IMG/VR virus record: IMGVR_UViG_3300025098_000016
Direction: 5' to 3' (one strand)
Origin: an uncultured virus (IMG/VR IMGVR_UViG_3300025098_000016)
Taxonomy: Duplodnaviria > Heunggongvirae > Uroviricota > Caudoviricetes
DNA: 64,000 bases
Shown: positions 1 to 8,900 of the stretch, in pieces
How positions within the stretch are numbered: the first letter of the stretch is position 1
How the letters are laid out: each line of letters opens with the position of its first letter
Notes under the pieces: model-generated
Told to the model about the DNA's origin: nothing
The model's database searches: none
The model's input: only the letters and a program-made list of their open reading frames with translations
Program-made: the position numbers and the translations under genes

Positions 1-508
1 TTACCATTTTGCCTTCAATAGGCTTATGTGTTAAGTATTGAATCTCACTGTTTGTTGGCTGTAGTGTAGTTAAACAACCTGCTAAAGGATATTCTACACT
101 TGGTTTTGGTGTGTCTAAAAATAACACACTTGTTAGTTGTTTTCCAGGTTGATGTGAATGCAATCCGCTGTATGCACCTGGTGGATATTTTACACCCCAT
201 GCTTTTTTAAAATCTTTAATACGGATAGGTAAATCTTGTAGCTGAAACTTAATAAACATTAAGTACTCTTCTCTAGGATCAATGTCTGTAGGATACTGCA
301 TATCTTGTTTATAATATAAAGTTCCGTTACCATAGTCAACATGTCGATCGTTAGAATTATCAAACAACTTTAAAAACTTTTTATAACCCGCATAGTATAA
401 ATCATCTACTACCCATGTATCAAGTGCTTGTAACCTTTCTGAATTAGGATCAAACATTGTTGAAATGCCTCCTAGAAACTGATCTGGTGATTGTGACGGA
501 CCTCCCAT
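1..508 (-). CDS. Putative 2OG-Fe(II) oxygenase, truncated by the window edge (not in ORF track)
   Basis: Manual translation from ATG at 508, just after the upstream gene's TAA: MGGPSQSPDQF...KAWGVKYPPGAYSGLHSHQPGKQLTSVLFLDTP...AGCL...HKPIEGKMV. The W-x-V-x-Y-x-x-G-x-Y-x-x-x-H-x-H...S-V-L-F-L pattern fits phage double-stranded beta-helix oxygenases. The frame is open to the window start. Confidence 0.7.
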   Translation of the reverse strand, partial: MGGPSQSPDQFLGGISTMFDPNSERLQALDTWVVDDLYYAGYKKFLKLFDNSNDRHVDYGNGTLYYKQDMQYPTDIDPREEYLMFIKFQLQDLPIRIKDFKKAWGVKYPPGAYSGLHSHQPGKQLTSVLFLDTPKPSVEYPLAGCLTTLQPTNSEIQYLTHKPIEGKMV

Positions 509-509
509 T

Positions 510-1574
510 TTACTGACCTGTATGACCTAAGATTTTTGCTTGTTGTTTATTACCATGTGATGCCCCATCTGCATGTACTACTCCATGAGTTGGGCATACG
601 TTTTCTGCTTGTGTTTCTTGCGGTTTGTAGTTTCCTGTGTAACTTCTCGGTTTCCCCAAACGCTTGCGAGCACTTGTAATAATTTTTTTAAAACTTTCAT
701 CGTTTAACTCCATAACTTCATCGTTAAATCGTTCAATTGAATCTTCCATTGTAAGTCTAATAGGACTAAACTTACGCTTGCCTTCGCCTAAATCAATAAT
801 ATCAAAGTCTGGTGAATTTGGATAAGAAATATTAATAGGATATGTACTACCAATAACACTAGTACACGTAGTACCTAATGCTTTTGCCATATGTTGTCCT
901 AAACTATCACATCCAATAAAATGATCGGCAATTTGAATTACGCTAGACCAAACTCTTACATCTGGAATTTGTGGAACTGCTACTGGAACTTTAGTGTTTT
1001 CTTCAACTACAACAGGAAATTCGCTCATTACAATCACAGCATAATCATCACGTAAGTCTTTACAAATACGTATAACATCATTTAAATGAAAACTTCTGCT
1101 AGTGCCGTCAATTACAAAGTCGCCCATGTTTTCAGCTGTGCGTCCAAATGGTTGAAATACTACTACTTTGTCTTTTCCAGTTACTGCTTTGATTTCTTCA
1201 ACAACTTTATACCCTTGTACAAGTTCATGCTTGTTCATATGTATAGTTGGATCTGGTAGATCTCTTACACCTTTATTGTTTATAGCAATATCAAATGCTT
1301 GTGCTAAACTACATTTTTGATTATAATATTCCCAAACCCTATAAGGTTCTGGAGAATAACAATCTCTGTCTTTAATGTAATCTTTGAATAAATTTTTATG
1401 CCAGTTGTCGTATGCTAGTTCGTGTAGTTGTGGATGACCTTTATAAAAGTCCATTCCGCCTTCACAAACAATAATAAAGTCTTGATCTGTTTCGTAGAGT
1501 TTTTCAAATGCTGGAATACTTGCAACAACTCTGCCTGCTCCACCGTTGATAAAATATGCTTTTTTGCGTTCCAA
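510..1574 (-). CDS. Glycosyltransferase family 9-like (heptosyltransferase-fold) protein
   Basis: N-terminal GGAGRVVASIPAF and C-terminal ADHFIGCDSLGQHMAKALGTTCTSVIG resemble GT9 motifs (GD..P; D-S-G-x-x-H-x-A-x-A-L-G). Confidence 0.65.
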   Translation of the reverse strand: MERKKAYFINGGAGRVVASIPAFEKLYETDQDFIIVCEGGMDFYKGHPQLHELAYDNWHKNLFKDYIKDRDCYSPEPYRVWEYYNQKCSLAQAFDIAINNKGVRDLPDPTIHMNKHELVQGYKVVEEIKAVTGKDKVVVFQPFGRTAENMGDFVIDGTSRSFHLNDVIRICKDLRDDYAVIVMSEFPVVVEENTKVPVAVPQIPDVRVWSSVIQIADHFIGCDSLGQHMAKALGTTCTSVIGSTYPINISYPNSPDFDIIDLGEGKRKFSPIRLTMEDSIERFNDEVMELNDESFKKIITSARKRLGKPRSYTGNYKPQETQAENVCPTHGVVHADGASHGNKQQAKILGHTGQ

Positions 1575-1597
1575 TGTTTTCTCCTGTATAGTACAAA

Positions 1598-1603
1598 TAT
1601 TTA
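1598..1603 (-). promoter_or_regulatory. T4-type late promoter core (TAAATA) for the GT9-like gene
   Basis: TAAATA 24 nt upstream of the ATG, followed by an AGGAG Shine-Dalgarno. A gp55 gene is present in the window. Confidence 0.6.
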
Positions 1604-1642
1604 TTGAGAGGATACTTTATAGGACGCCAATCTGGTAGTCAT

Positions 1643-1665
1643 AAAAAAAGGGCCTAGTGGCCCTT
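1643..1665 (-). terminator. Rho-independent terminator ending the tail-fibre block
   Basis: Minus strand AAGGGCC-ACTA-GGCCCTT followed by a T-run. Confidence 0.85.
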
Positions 1666-1690
1666 AATTTATTAATTTATAATGCTAAAT

Positions 1691-2482
1691 TTATTTTTTA
1701 CCTGCAACCTTTTGAGCGGCAACATCTACGTCAACAGCAAATGCACCTTCTCTATACGGATCTGCTGGATCTGCTGATGTGTCTGGATCACGCATATCTT
1801 TTGGTACTGTAGGAAACATCATAACTGCTTGCCATGGCTCGTAGCCGTTTGCTTGTGCCCAAGCTGGTAAATCTCTTAGTCTTTGTCTATAATCTTTCCA
1901 AGTCTGTTGAATAGATTCGGGAGCGTCTGTCTGTCCAACTTTAGCGTCTGTATCATGCAGATGAGAATCTCTAACATCTCTAAGATCTTGCCATGTTAGA
2001 TCCATTTTTGTACCTGTTGCGGCCCAATCATGAATGCCAATATTGAATGTTTCTGTAGCAAAATCATATGTGATGTTTTGTTCGTCGTATACATCTCTTG
2101 GCTCTAATTCGTCTGTATATTCAACGTCCATATAACCGTCTGGTGCGTCCCAAAGAATTTTCCATTCTCTTTGACGTCTCATTAATACTTGTTCGTCTTT
2201 ACCGTCATCGTTACCAATTTCACATAGTAAAGGATTTTCTTTACAATCAACAGTAACTCTTGTAATATCTGCGGCAGTTGGTCTTTCAAGATCCATCTTT
2301 TCCCATAGACACCAACCAGATTCTTTACCGTAGTTATCTGTATCTGCAGGGTCATTACCTATTTCAAACGTTAAAAATTCAGGACCTTTATAAGTAAAGG
2401 TGCCGGTTCTTCCGTTTTCAAAACTATTTTTTCTCCACTCGTCCCAAATTGGGTAAGTAAATGTTTTTTCAATTTTTCTCAT
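1691..2482 (-). CDS. Tail fibre assembly chaperone-like protein
   Basis: C-terminal LRDVRDSHLHDTD...WKDYRQRLRDLP...FP motif is typical of phage tail assembly chaperones; lies directly downstream of fibre/adhesin genes. Confidence 0.7.
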   Translation of the reverse strand: MRKIEKTFTYPIWDEWRKNSFENGRTGTFTYKGPEFLTFEIGNDPADTDNYGKESGWCLWEKMDLERPTAADITRVTVDCKENPLLCEIGNDDGKDEQVLMRRQREWKILWDAPDGYMDVEYTDELEPRDVYDEQNITYDFATETFNIGIHDWAATGTKMDLTWQDLRDVRDSHLHDTDAKVGQTDAPESIQQTWKDYRQRLRDLPAWAQANGYEPWQAVMMFPTVPKDMRDPDTSADPADPYREGAFAVDVDVAAQKVAGKK

Positions 2483-2511
2483 GTTATTCAGCTCCTAAAA
2501 CTATTTATCAT

Positions 2512-3351
2512 TTACATGAATGTTATTCGAACAACGCCTGAGCCGCCTTGTCCAGATCCACCTGCACAGCACTTAGCCCAGTTATTACAATATGAACTAA
2601 CGCCTGGCATTCCGCCTCCTGCTGGCCACTCAATGTGACAACCGCAATTACACCATCCTTCGGCAGTTACTGATACTGTCATTTTACCAATTAATGGAGG
2701 TTGTCCTGATCCTGAATACTGATACACACAGTGACAGTAACCATGTCCTGGTTCCCATCCTGTAGTTCCCATCATTCCAAAATCTGCTCCAAAAATACCA
2801 CATCTATTACAGTTTTCACAACCAAAGTGTGTGTGTCTTGGACCCCATGCGTCTCCATTACACATCCAGCCACCACAGCCGCCTACTGTACAAAAATTCG
2901 ATAAGTTATGTCCGTTTACATAACTCTTACAACCCATACTTGCACCACAAGTATGTGCTTTACCACATGGCCAAGCGCCACCAGCACATACACTGTACTG
3001 ACATCCTGGAGATGTTGCAATAGTCTTAGACCCGTAATTGCCTCCAGCGCCACCAATTGAAAATGAACAACAGTTACAGCAAGTGTGACCTGGGCCGCCA
3101 CCGCCACCTGACCAAATTTCAAATGTTACTGTACTTGCACCATCTGGTACACACCAATAACAGCATTTTCCGTTTGCTTGTTCGCAACAGCCACTTTGTC
3201 TAGCACACTGATGACATCTCATGCCACGTTCATTGTAGATCCATTGTACACCCATATTGTTGCCGTTACCGTGTGCGATATCAGCGGACGTAATTGTTCC
3301 GTTAACTATACTGTCATTTGCTACTTTTTTATAACTTGCGTATGTTGCCAT
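2512..3351 (-). CDS. Cys/Gly-rich adhesin-like protein, paralog 3
   Basis: EIWSGGGGG...GGAGGNY...GGSGVVRITF glycine-rich framework; 30 Cys counted in 279 aa. Confidence 0.6.
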   Translation of the reverse strand: MATYASYKKVANDSIVNGTITSADIAHGNGNNMGVQWIYNERGMRCHQCARQSGCCEQANGKCCYWCVPDGASTVTFEIWSGGGGGPGHTCCNCCSFSIGGAGGNYGSKTIATSPGCQYSVCAGGAWPCGKAHTCGASMGCKSYVNGHNLSNFCTVGGCGGWMCNGDAWGPRHTHFGCENCNRCGIFGADFGMMGTTGWEPGHGYCHCVYQYSGSGQPPLIGKMTVSVTAEGWCNCGCHIEWPAGGGMPGVSSYCNNWAKCCAGGSGQGGSGVVRITFM

Positions 3352-3363
3352 TTCTTATCCTTA

Positions 3364-4200
3364 CTATGCGAATGTTATTCTAACCATGCCTGATCCACCC
3401 ATATTGCCGCCTGCACAACATTTTGCCCAGTTACCACAATATGAACTTTGTCCTGTTTGTCCACCACCTGCAGGCCAGTTAACATAACAAGCACAGTTAC
3501 ACCACGCTTCTGCGTTAGCACCTGCACTGTGTCTGCCTACAAAAGGTGCCGAACCTGACATTCCCCAGTCTGCTGATTTACATTGACATCCACCGTGTCC
3601 ACCCATTACACCGGTTGATCCCATAATTCCAAAGTCTGCTCCAAAAATTCCACATATATTACAGTTACCACATGTTTGTGTATGGTTTGGTCCCCATGCA
3701 CCACCGTTACACATCCAACCTGGACATCCACCTGTAGTACAGAAGTTACTTAAATTTGCACCATTAACATAACTTTTACAACCCATTCCTGCGACACAAG
3801 TATGCGATTTACTACAACGCCATGTACCACCTGCACAAATTGAATATGTACAACCTGGACACGTACTAATAGTTTTTACTGCATAGTTACCACCTGATCC
3901 GCCTGCAGAGTGCATACAGTTGTTACAGCAAGTAGCGCCTGCGCCACCGCCTCCACCTGACCAAATTTCAAATACTACTTTTGAAGTGCTAGCCGGAACT
4001 GTCCAGTAGCAACACTTACCATTTGCTTGTTCACAACAATCGCCAGCATCTGAACATGCCATGCATCTCATGCCTCTTTCATTATAAACCCAAAATACGC
4101 AATACTTGTTACCTGCGCCAGCGCCTAGTTTAGCGGCCGTAATACTATTGTCTTGAAAGTTGTCTGCTGTTAATGTTTTATAACTTGCGTATGTTGCCAT
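3364..4200 (-). CDS. Cys/Gly-rich adhesin-like protein, paralog 2
   Basis: Colinear with its neighbours (MATYASYK...YNERGMRC...WAKCCAGG...RITF). Confidence 0.6.
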   Translation of the reverse strand: MATYASYKTLTADNFQDNSITAAKLGAGAGNKYCVFWVYNERGMRCMACSDAGDCCEQANGKCCYWTVPASTSKVVFEIWSGGGGGAGATCCNNCMHSAGGSGGNYAVKTISTCPGCTYSICAGGTWRCSKSHTCVAGMGCKSYVNGANLSNFCTTGGCPGWMCNGGAWGPNHTQTCGNCNICGIFGADFGIMGSTGVMGGHGGCQCKSADWGMSGSAPFVGRHSAGANAEAWCNCACYVNWPAGGGQTGQSSYCGNWAKCCAGGNMGGSGMVRITFA

Positions 4201-4212
4201 TATTTTCTTTCC

Positions 4213-5052
4213 TTATACAAACGTTATTTTTACTATGCCAGATCCACCTTGACCTGAACCACCTGCACAACATTTTGCCCAGTTACCACAGTAACTAGAT
4301 GTTCCTGGAACTCCACCGCCTGCTGGCCAAACAATGTGACATCCACATGCACACCATGCTTCGTTAGTAGTTGTACCACCGTAAGTTCCAATACCTGCGG
4401 CCGCTCCTGTCCAACCTGTTTGTCCGTGACATCTACAAGTTGTTGTACCTGCTTTAATACCCATACCGCCCATCATTCCAAAGTCAGCACCAAATATTCC
4501 ACATATATTACAGTTCGCACAGTTTGTTACAGCATGTCTTTGACCCCATGCATCACCATTACACATCCAGCCGCCACATGCGCCAGTAGCACAAAAGTTA
4601 CTTAGGTTGTGACCGTTAACATAGGATTTACAACCCATGCCCGCTGAACACGTATGTGATTTACCACATGGCCAACTTCCGCCTGCACAAACACTATATT
4701 GACATCCTGGATTGGTATCAATTGTTTGAATTGCATAGTTTCCGCCTGCGCCTCCAATTGCAAATGAACAACAATTACAACATGTATGTCCTGGACCGCC
4801 GCCTCCGCCGCTCCAGATTTCAAAAGTTACTTTGTAAACATTGTCTGGTGCACACCAGTAACAACATCTACCATTTGCCTGTTGACAACATCCTGATTGT
4901 CTTGCACACATGTGACATTGCATACCGCGTTCGTTGTATACCCATTGTGTCTTACGACAAGCACCTGCACCAGGTTGTAACTTGGTCCTTGTGATTGATC
5001 CGTCGGGTATTCCTTCCGATGTAACCTTTTTGTAACTGCTGTATGTTGCCAT
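4213..5052 (-). CDS. Cys/Gly-rich adhesin-like protein, paralog 1
   Basis: Colinear with the two downstream paralogs and with the same Cys spacing. Confidence 0.6.
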   Translation of the reverse strand: MATYSSYKKVTSEGIPDGSITRTKLQPGAGACRKTQWVYNERGMQCHMCARQSGCCQQANGRCCYWCAPDNVYKVTFEIWSGGGGGPGHTCCNCCSFAIGGAGGNYAIQTIDTNPGCQYSVCAGGSWPCGKSHTCSAGMGCKSYVNGHNLSNFCATGACGGWMCNGDAWGQRHAVTNCANCNICGIFGADFGMMGGMGIKAGTTTCRCHGQTGWTGAAAGIGTYGGTTTNEAWCACGCHIVWPAGGGVPGTSSYCGNWAKCCAGGSGQGGSGIVKITFV

Positions 5053-5073
5053 TTACGTTTCCTTAATAATTCT

Positions 5074-5529
5074 CTATACAGTGTAGATACGCCATCCGTA
5101 GCTATCGCCCGAATAAACAATATCAAATGCCGCGCCTTCTGTACTAACAGTCAAATTAGCTGAATCGCCTTGTATTAGTTTACCATTTCTTGCTAGTGTC
5201 AAAGCATTAGAGTCAAAAGTTTTTCTTAAGTCAAAGAATCTTATGACATCACCTACTGCTGGTGATCCTGGAAGTGTAATAGTAAATCCGCCGCCGTTAG
5301 TATCACAGAATATCTGTTCTCCTGATGCCGCTGAATACGTTGTACTAACTGTCTTAGCACTTAAAGTACCCACTGGTAACCATGCTGATTGATCGGAACT
5401 ATAAAGTTCTAACACACTTAAATCTGTGTTAAATCTTAATGCTCCTGAACCTGCATTAGTAGTTCTTTGTGCTGTAGTTCCAAAAGGGACAGTTAAACCT
5501 GGTGAACCTACTGATATTCTTCTTCCCAT
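5074..5529 (-). CDS. Short tail-fibre connector-like structural protein
   Basis: VPFGTTAQR...GALRFNTD motif plus DTNGGGFTITLP.SPAVGD.IRFFD, as in T4-like proximal fibre segments. Confidence 0.6.
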   Translation of the reverse strand: MGRRISVGSPGLTVPFGTTAQRTTNAGSGALRFNTDLSVLELYSSDQSAWLPVGTLSAKTVSTTYSAASGEQIFCDTNGGGFTITLPGSPAVGDVIRFFDLRKTFDSNALTLARNGKLIQGDSANLTVSTEGAAFDIVYSGDSYGWRIYTV

Positions 5530-5549
5530 TGCTTTATCCTATCCTTATG

Positions 5550-5876
5550 TTATGCCGCTGGTACGGCTGTTTCAATACCCATAACCATTGAGGTTACGTT
5601 AGCTTGACTTGATCTTACCACAACTTTTTTAGTTGCGTCAATTACAATACCAGTTCTCTCTAGTACGCCATTTGGACCAACGGATACATCATACTCTAAG
5701 TATTCTGCCGCTCCTGGTGTATCTCCAGTACTTGTTGATAATCTAATGTTTGTTGTATTCGAACCTCTGTTACAAAAGTTGATAGTAACAACACTATATG
5801 TATCAGCAGGCACTGTATAGATTGTAGTATTTGTATTTGCTGAAAGATCGCTTGATCCTAATATTCCTGATGCCAT
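5550..5876 (-). CDS. Small beta-rich virion protein (paralog of 16767-17096 and 25572-25916)
   Basis: IYTVPA...VVTINFCN...GIVIDA pattern shared with two other small ORFs; SD GGAG. Confidence 0.6.
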   Translation of the reverse strand: MASGILGSSDLSANTNTTIYTVPADTYSVVTINFCNRGSNTTNIRLSTSTGDTPGAAEYLEYDVSVGPNGVLERTGIVIDATKKVVVRSSQANVTSMVMGIETAVPAA

Positions 5877-5905
5877 TTTATTACTCCTATGTTAGTATTT
5901 AGCCA

Positions 5906-8900
5906 TTATGTTTTACTTGTTAAAAAGTACGCAAATGCAACTGGACTTCCACTTACACCGCCGTTAAAGTTCATTCCCGTAGTTACAGTAATTGGACTAT
6001 TATCGGTTGTACCTATTGTATTTCCAGTAATATTTATTTTACCTGCTGTAACTGCGTTAACGTTCAGAGAGCTACTTCCTCCACCAATCTGTGAATTGAT
6101 GTATGTAATAATTGCTCTTTGTGTCGGAACAACGTTATCTGAACTTGCACTAAATGTACCATCTGTACTAAATTCATTAATAACAGCGCCGCCTTGTCCT
6201 AAGCCAACTGCACCTAGTGACAATTCTTGTAGTCCTGCTAAACTGAATGCACTTGTATTCAAACTAGCTGATCCTGTTGATTGTTCAACGTTGAACAATC
6301 TACCAACTCTAAAGTTACCGTCTTGGTCAGTACTTGTGTAGAATATTCTACCTCCGCCTGACTCTGTAACTTCATCACTTGGATCATTAGCAACACTCGG
6401 TGTTCCTGGATAGTTAGTACTTGCAAAGTTACCTGTACCAATGTCTAGGAAATCGTGTCCTGTTAATCTTACTTGACTAAATCTCTTTCTTATTGTAATG
6501 TTAGTACCGTGCTCTGGAGAAGTTTCAACTCCTAAGTCTGGTGACACTTGTAAACTAGCAGTATAGTTACCTGAACTACCTAGTAGTTCTCTAACAAACA
6601 CAATTTTAAAGAATCTGCTATCGCCATCAAGTTGTAAGTTTGCACCTTCAACTGGAATATCACTCATTCCGTAAACGTTCATAAATTGTGCTGATTGATA
6701 AATGTCAGCATATCCATCACCGCTTACTGTGCCGCCTGCAGTTTCAAAGTCTGTACCTCTTCCAGTCCATGTTGGCTGTGCTAACACACCGTCAGCAATT
6801 CTAGTTTCCCATGGAACTTCAGTAGTTTCACTTGGATCTGTAATTGTTAATGTTGGAGTACTTGTGTAACCACTACCTGGATTAACAATATAGAACTGTG
6901 TAATTCTACCAGTTGTTACTTCTGCTCTAACTTGAGCTCCTGTACCACCGCCGCCAATTACTTGGACTCTTGGTTCAATACTGTATGCTGTTGTAGCATC
7001 AAGTGTTGCCTCAATACCGTTTGTTGGATGCCATGTTTCCCAGCCTGCCGCATTATCTGATTCTTTTGCAATACTAGCAACTTTGGTACCTGGATTGTAT
7101 GCACTAATAAATCCATACTGTCCTGCACCTGTACCTGCTGTAATAACAACTCTCATACCAATGTATTTTGTACTGTTGGCTGTTTCAGTGTTTGACAATG
7201 TAATAGATGTAGTTCCACCTGCCTGTGCAGTATTTTCACTACTAGAGTAACCTCTACCACCTATTGAGTCTGCATCATTAAACAATCCATCACTGTTAGT
7301 ATCTTTTTCATTGTAACTAGATCCATCATCTGGGTTACGTAATCTAACTTCAAACAATCCACCATTTACATAGTTACCGTTAGCTACTACTGCACCATAT
7401 CCATCTCCACTAATTGTGTAAGTTGCGTTAGTGTAGTTGTTACCAGCGTTAGTATATTCAAAGTGTATAATTTGATTACCGTCTGTTAATGCTCTACCAA
7501 TCTGTGCTTCAAGTTTTCTGTTGTTAACACCACCTGTTGTTGGAATCTCAGTAACGTCAATAAATTCTGATACTGCACCTTTGTCACCGTATGAACAGTT
7601 ACCATTAGTACCACGTATCTTACCGCCGTTTTCTGCAAGGTATCCAATATGTCCGTAGTATGAGAAAATACTAACAAGTTCTGCTCTACCTAAGTTTGTT
7701 ACCCATGCACCAATACCATCACTTAAAATTTGTGTAAAGTCGTTAGCAACAATTGAGTCATTACCACCGTTGTGTAGTGCTCCATCAACTTTTAGTCCTA
7801 CACATGCAGTACCAAAGTTTGTTACACCTTGTACATATGGAGAACGTGTTGTGATCCATACACGATCATCGTCTGGTCCCCAGCCTGGATCTAGTGAACA
7901 AAATGCTCCTGCTGTTGGACGTTTAGTTCCGTAAGCGTTTGCTGATCCTAATGTTCCTGATAATCCGCCTAATGTCATGTTTCTAATGCCTGTACCGTCT
8001 CTTAGTAAGTACATATTTTCTAATGTAGAACCGTTTACACTGTTACCATACATTAATCCTGCTATTAGTGTAGCATAGTTACTACCTTCACCTGTTGCAT
8101 TGATTAAGTCATATATAAATGCATCAATATAATGTGCAACATCTGCTTCACAAGCCGCTTCATCAAATGAGTATGCTGGATAGTTTACATTAATATATTT
8201 TGTAACATCACGTCCAATAAACGCTTTGTTCAAATGTAGTATTCTAGCCGCCGCAAACTTAGTTTGATCATCAACTCTTTCATTTGCACCTCTATATAAT
8301 GGTGCTGAACTATCGCCTGATGCTCCGTTAACTAAGTAATCAATTTGATCATATAGCTCTGTACATAAGTTTTCAACATAAGTTGATACTCCACTAGTAC
8401 TCCAAGGCTTACTAACATTCTGTGTAAGTGTATTGCCAGTTTGTCTTGTAATTGTTGTACCTTCAATAACATCGTCGATTATTGATTTCATGTGTAGAAT
8501 ACCAGCTAGTGAATAAGTTGTATCAGCTGATTCTGTTACACTTCCTGCTGGTTCAACTCTTGTACTACGTAGTTCGTCACCAACAATAGCTGTTAGTTCT
8601 GGAACTCTAATAGGTAATACTTCAGTATATGTTCCTGTTTTAACATAGATAACTTTGTGTATTTTCTTTGCTGTAGGAACTGTATAACCTGCACCTAGCG
8701 AAATAGCTGATGTAATAATAGCCATACTTGCTGTTAACTCTGTTAATGCATTTGATTCTTCAACTCTTGTAGCGTCTTTAATTTGTAAGTATCTATCACC
8801 CGATGCAACACTATCTAAATCTTGATAGTCTGCCGCTGGTGTAGCACTGTCTAGTACATCTTCTACTAGAGAAATTACAAAGTTAAGTGCCGCAACGTTT

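Noticed and set aside
2512..5052. Diversity-generating retroelement target/template repeats
   Set aside because: All three copies are full ORFs, their differences are not adenine-restricted, and no reverse transcriptase is in the window.
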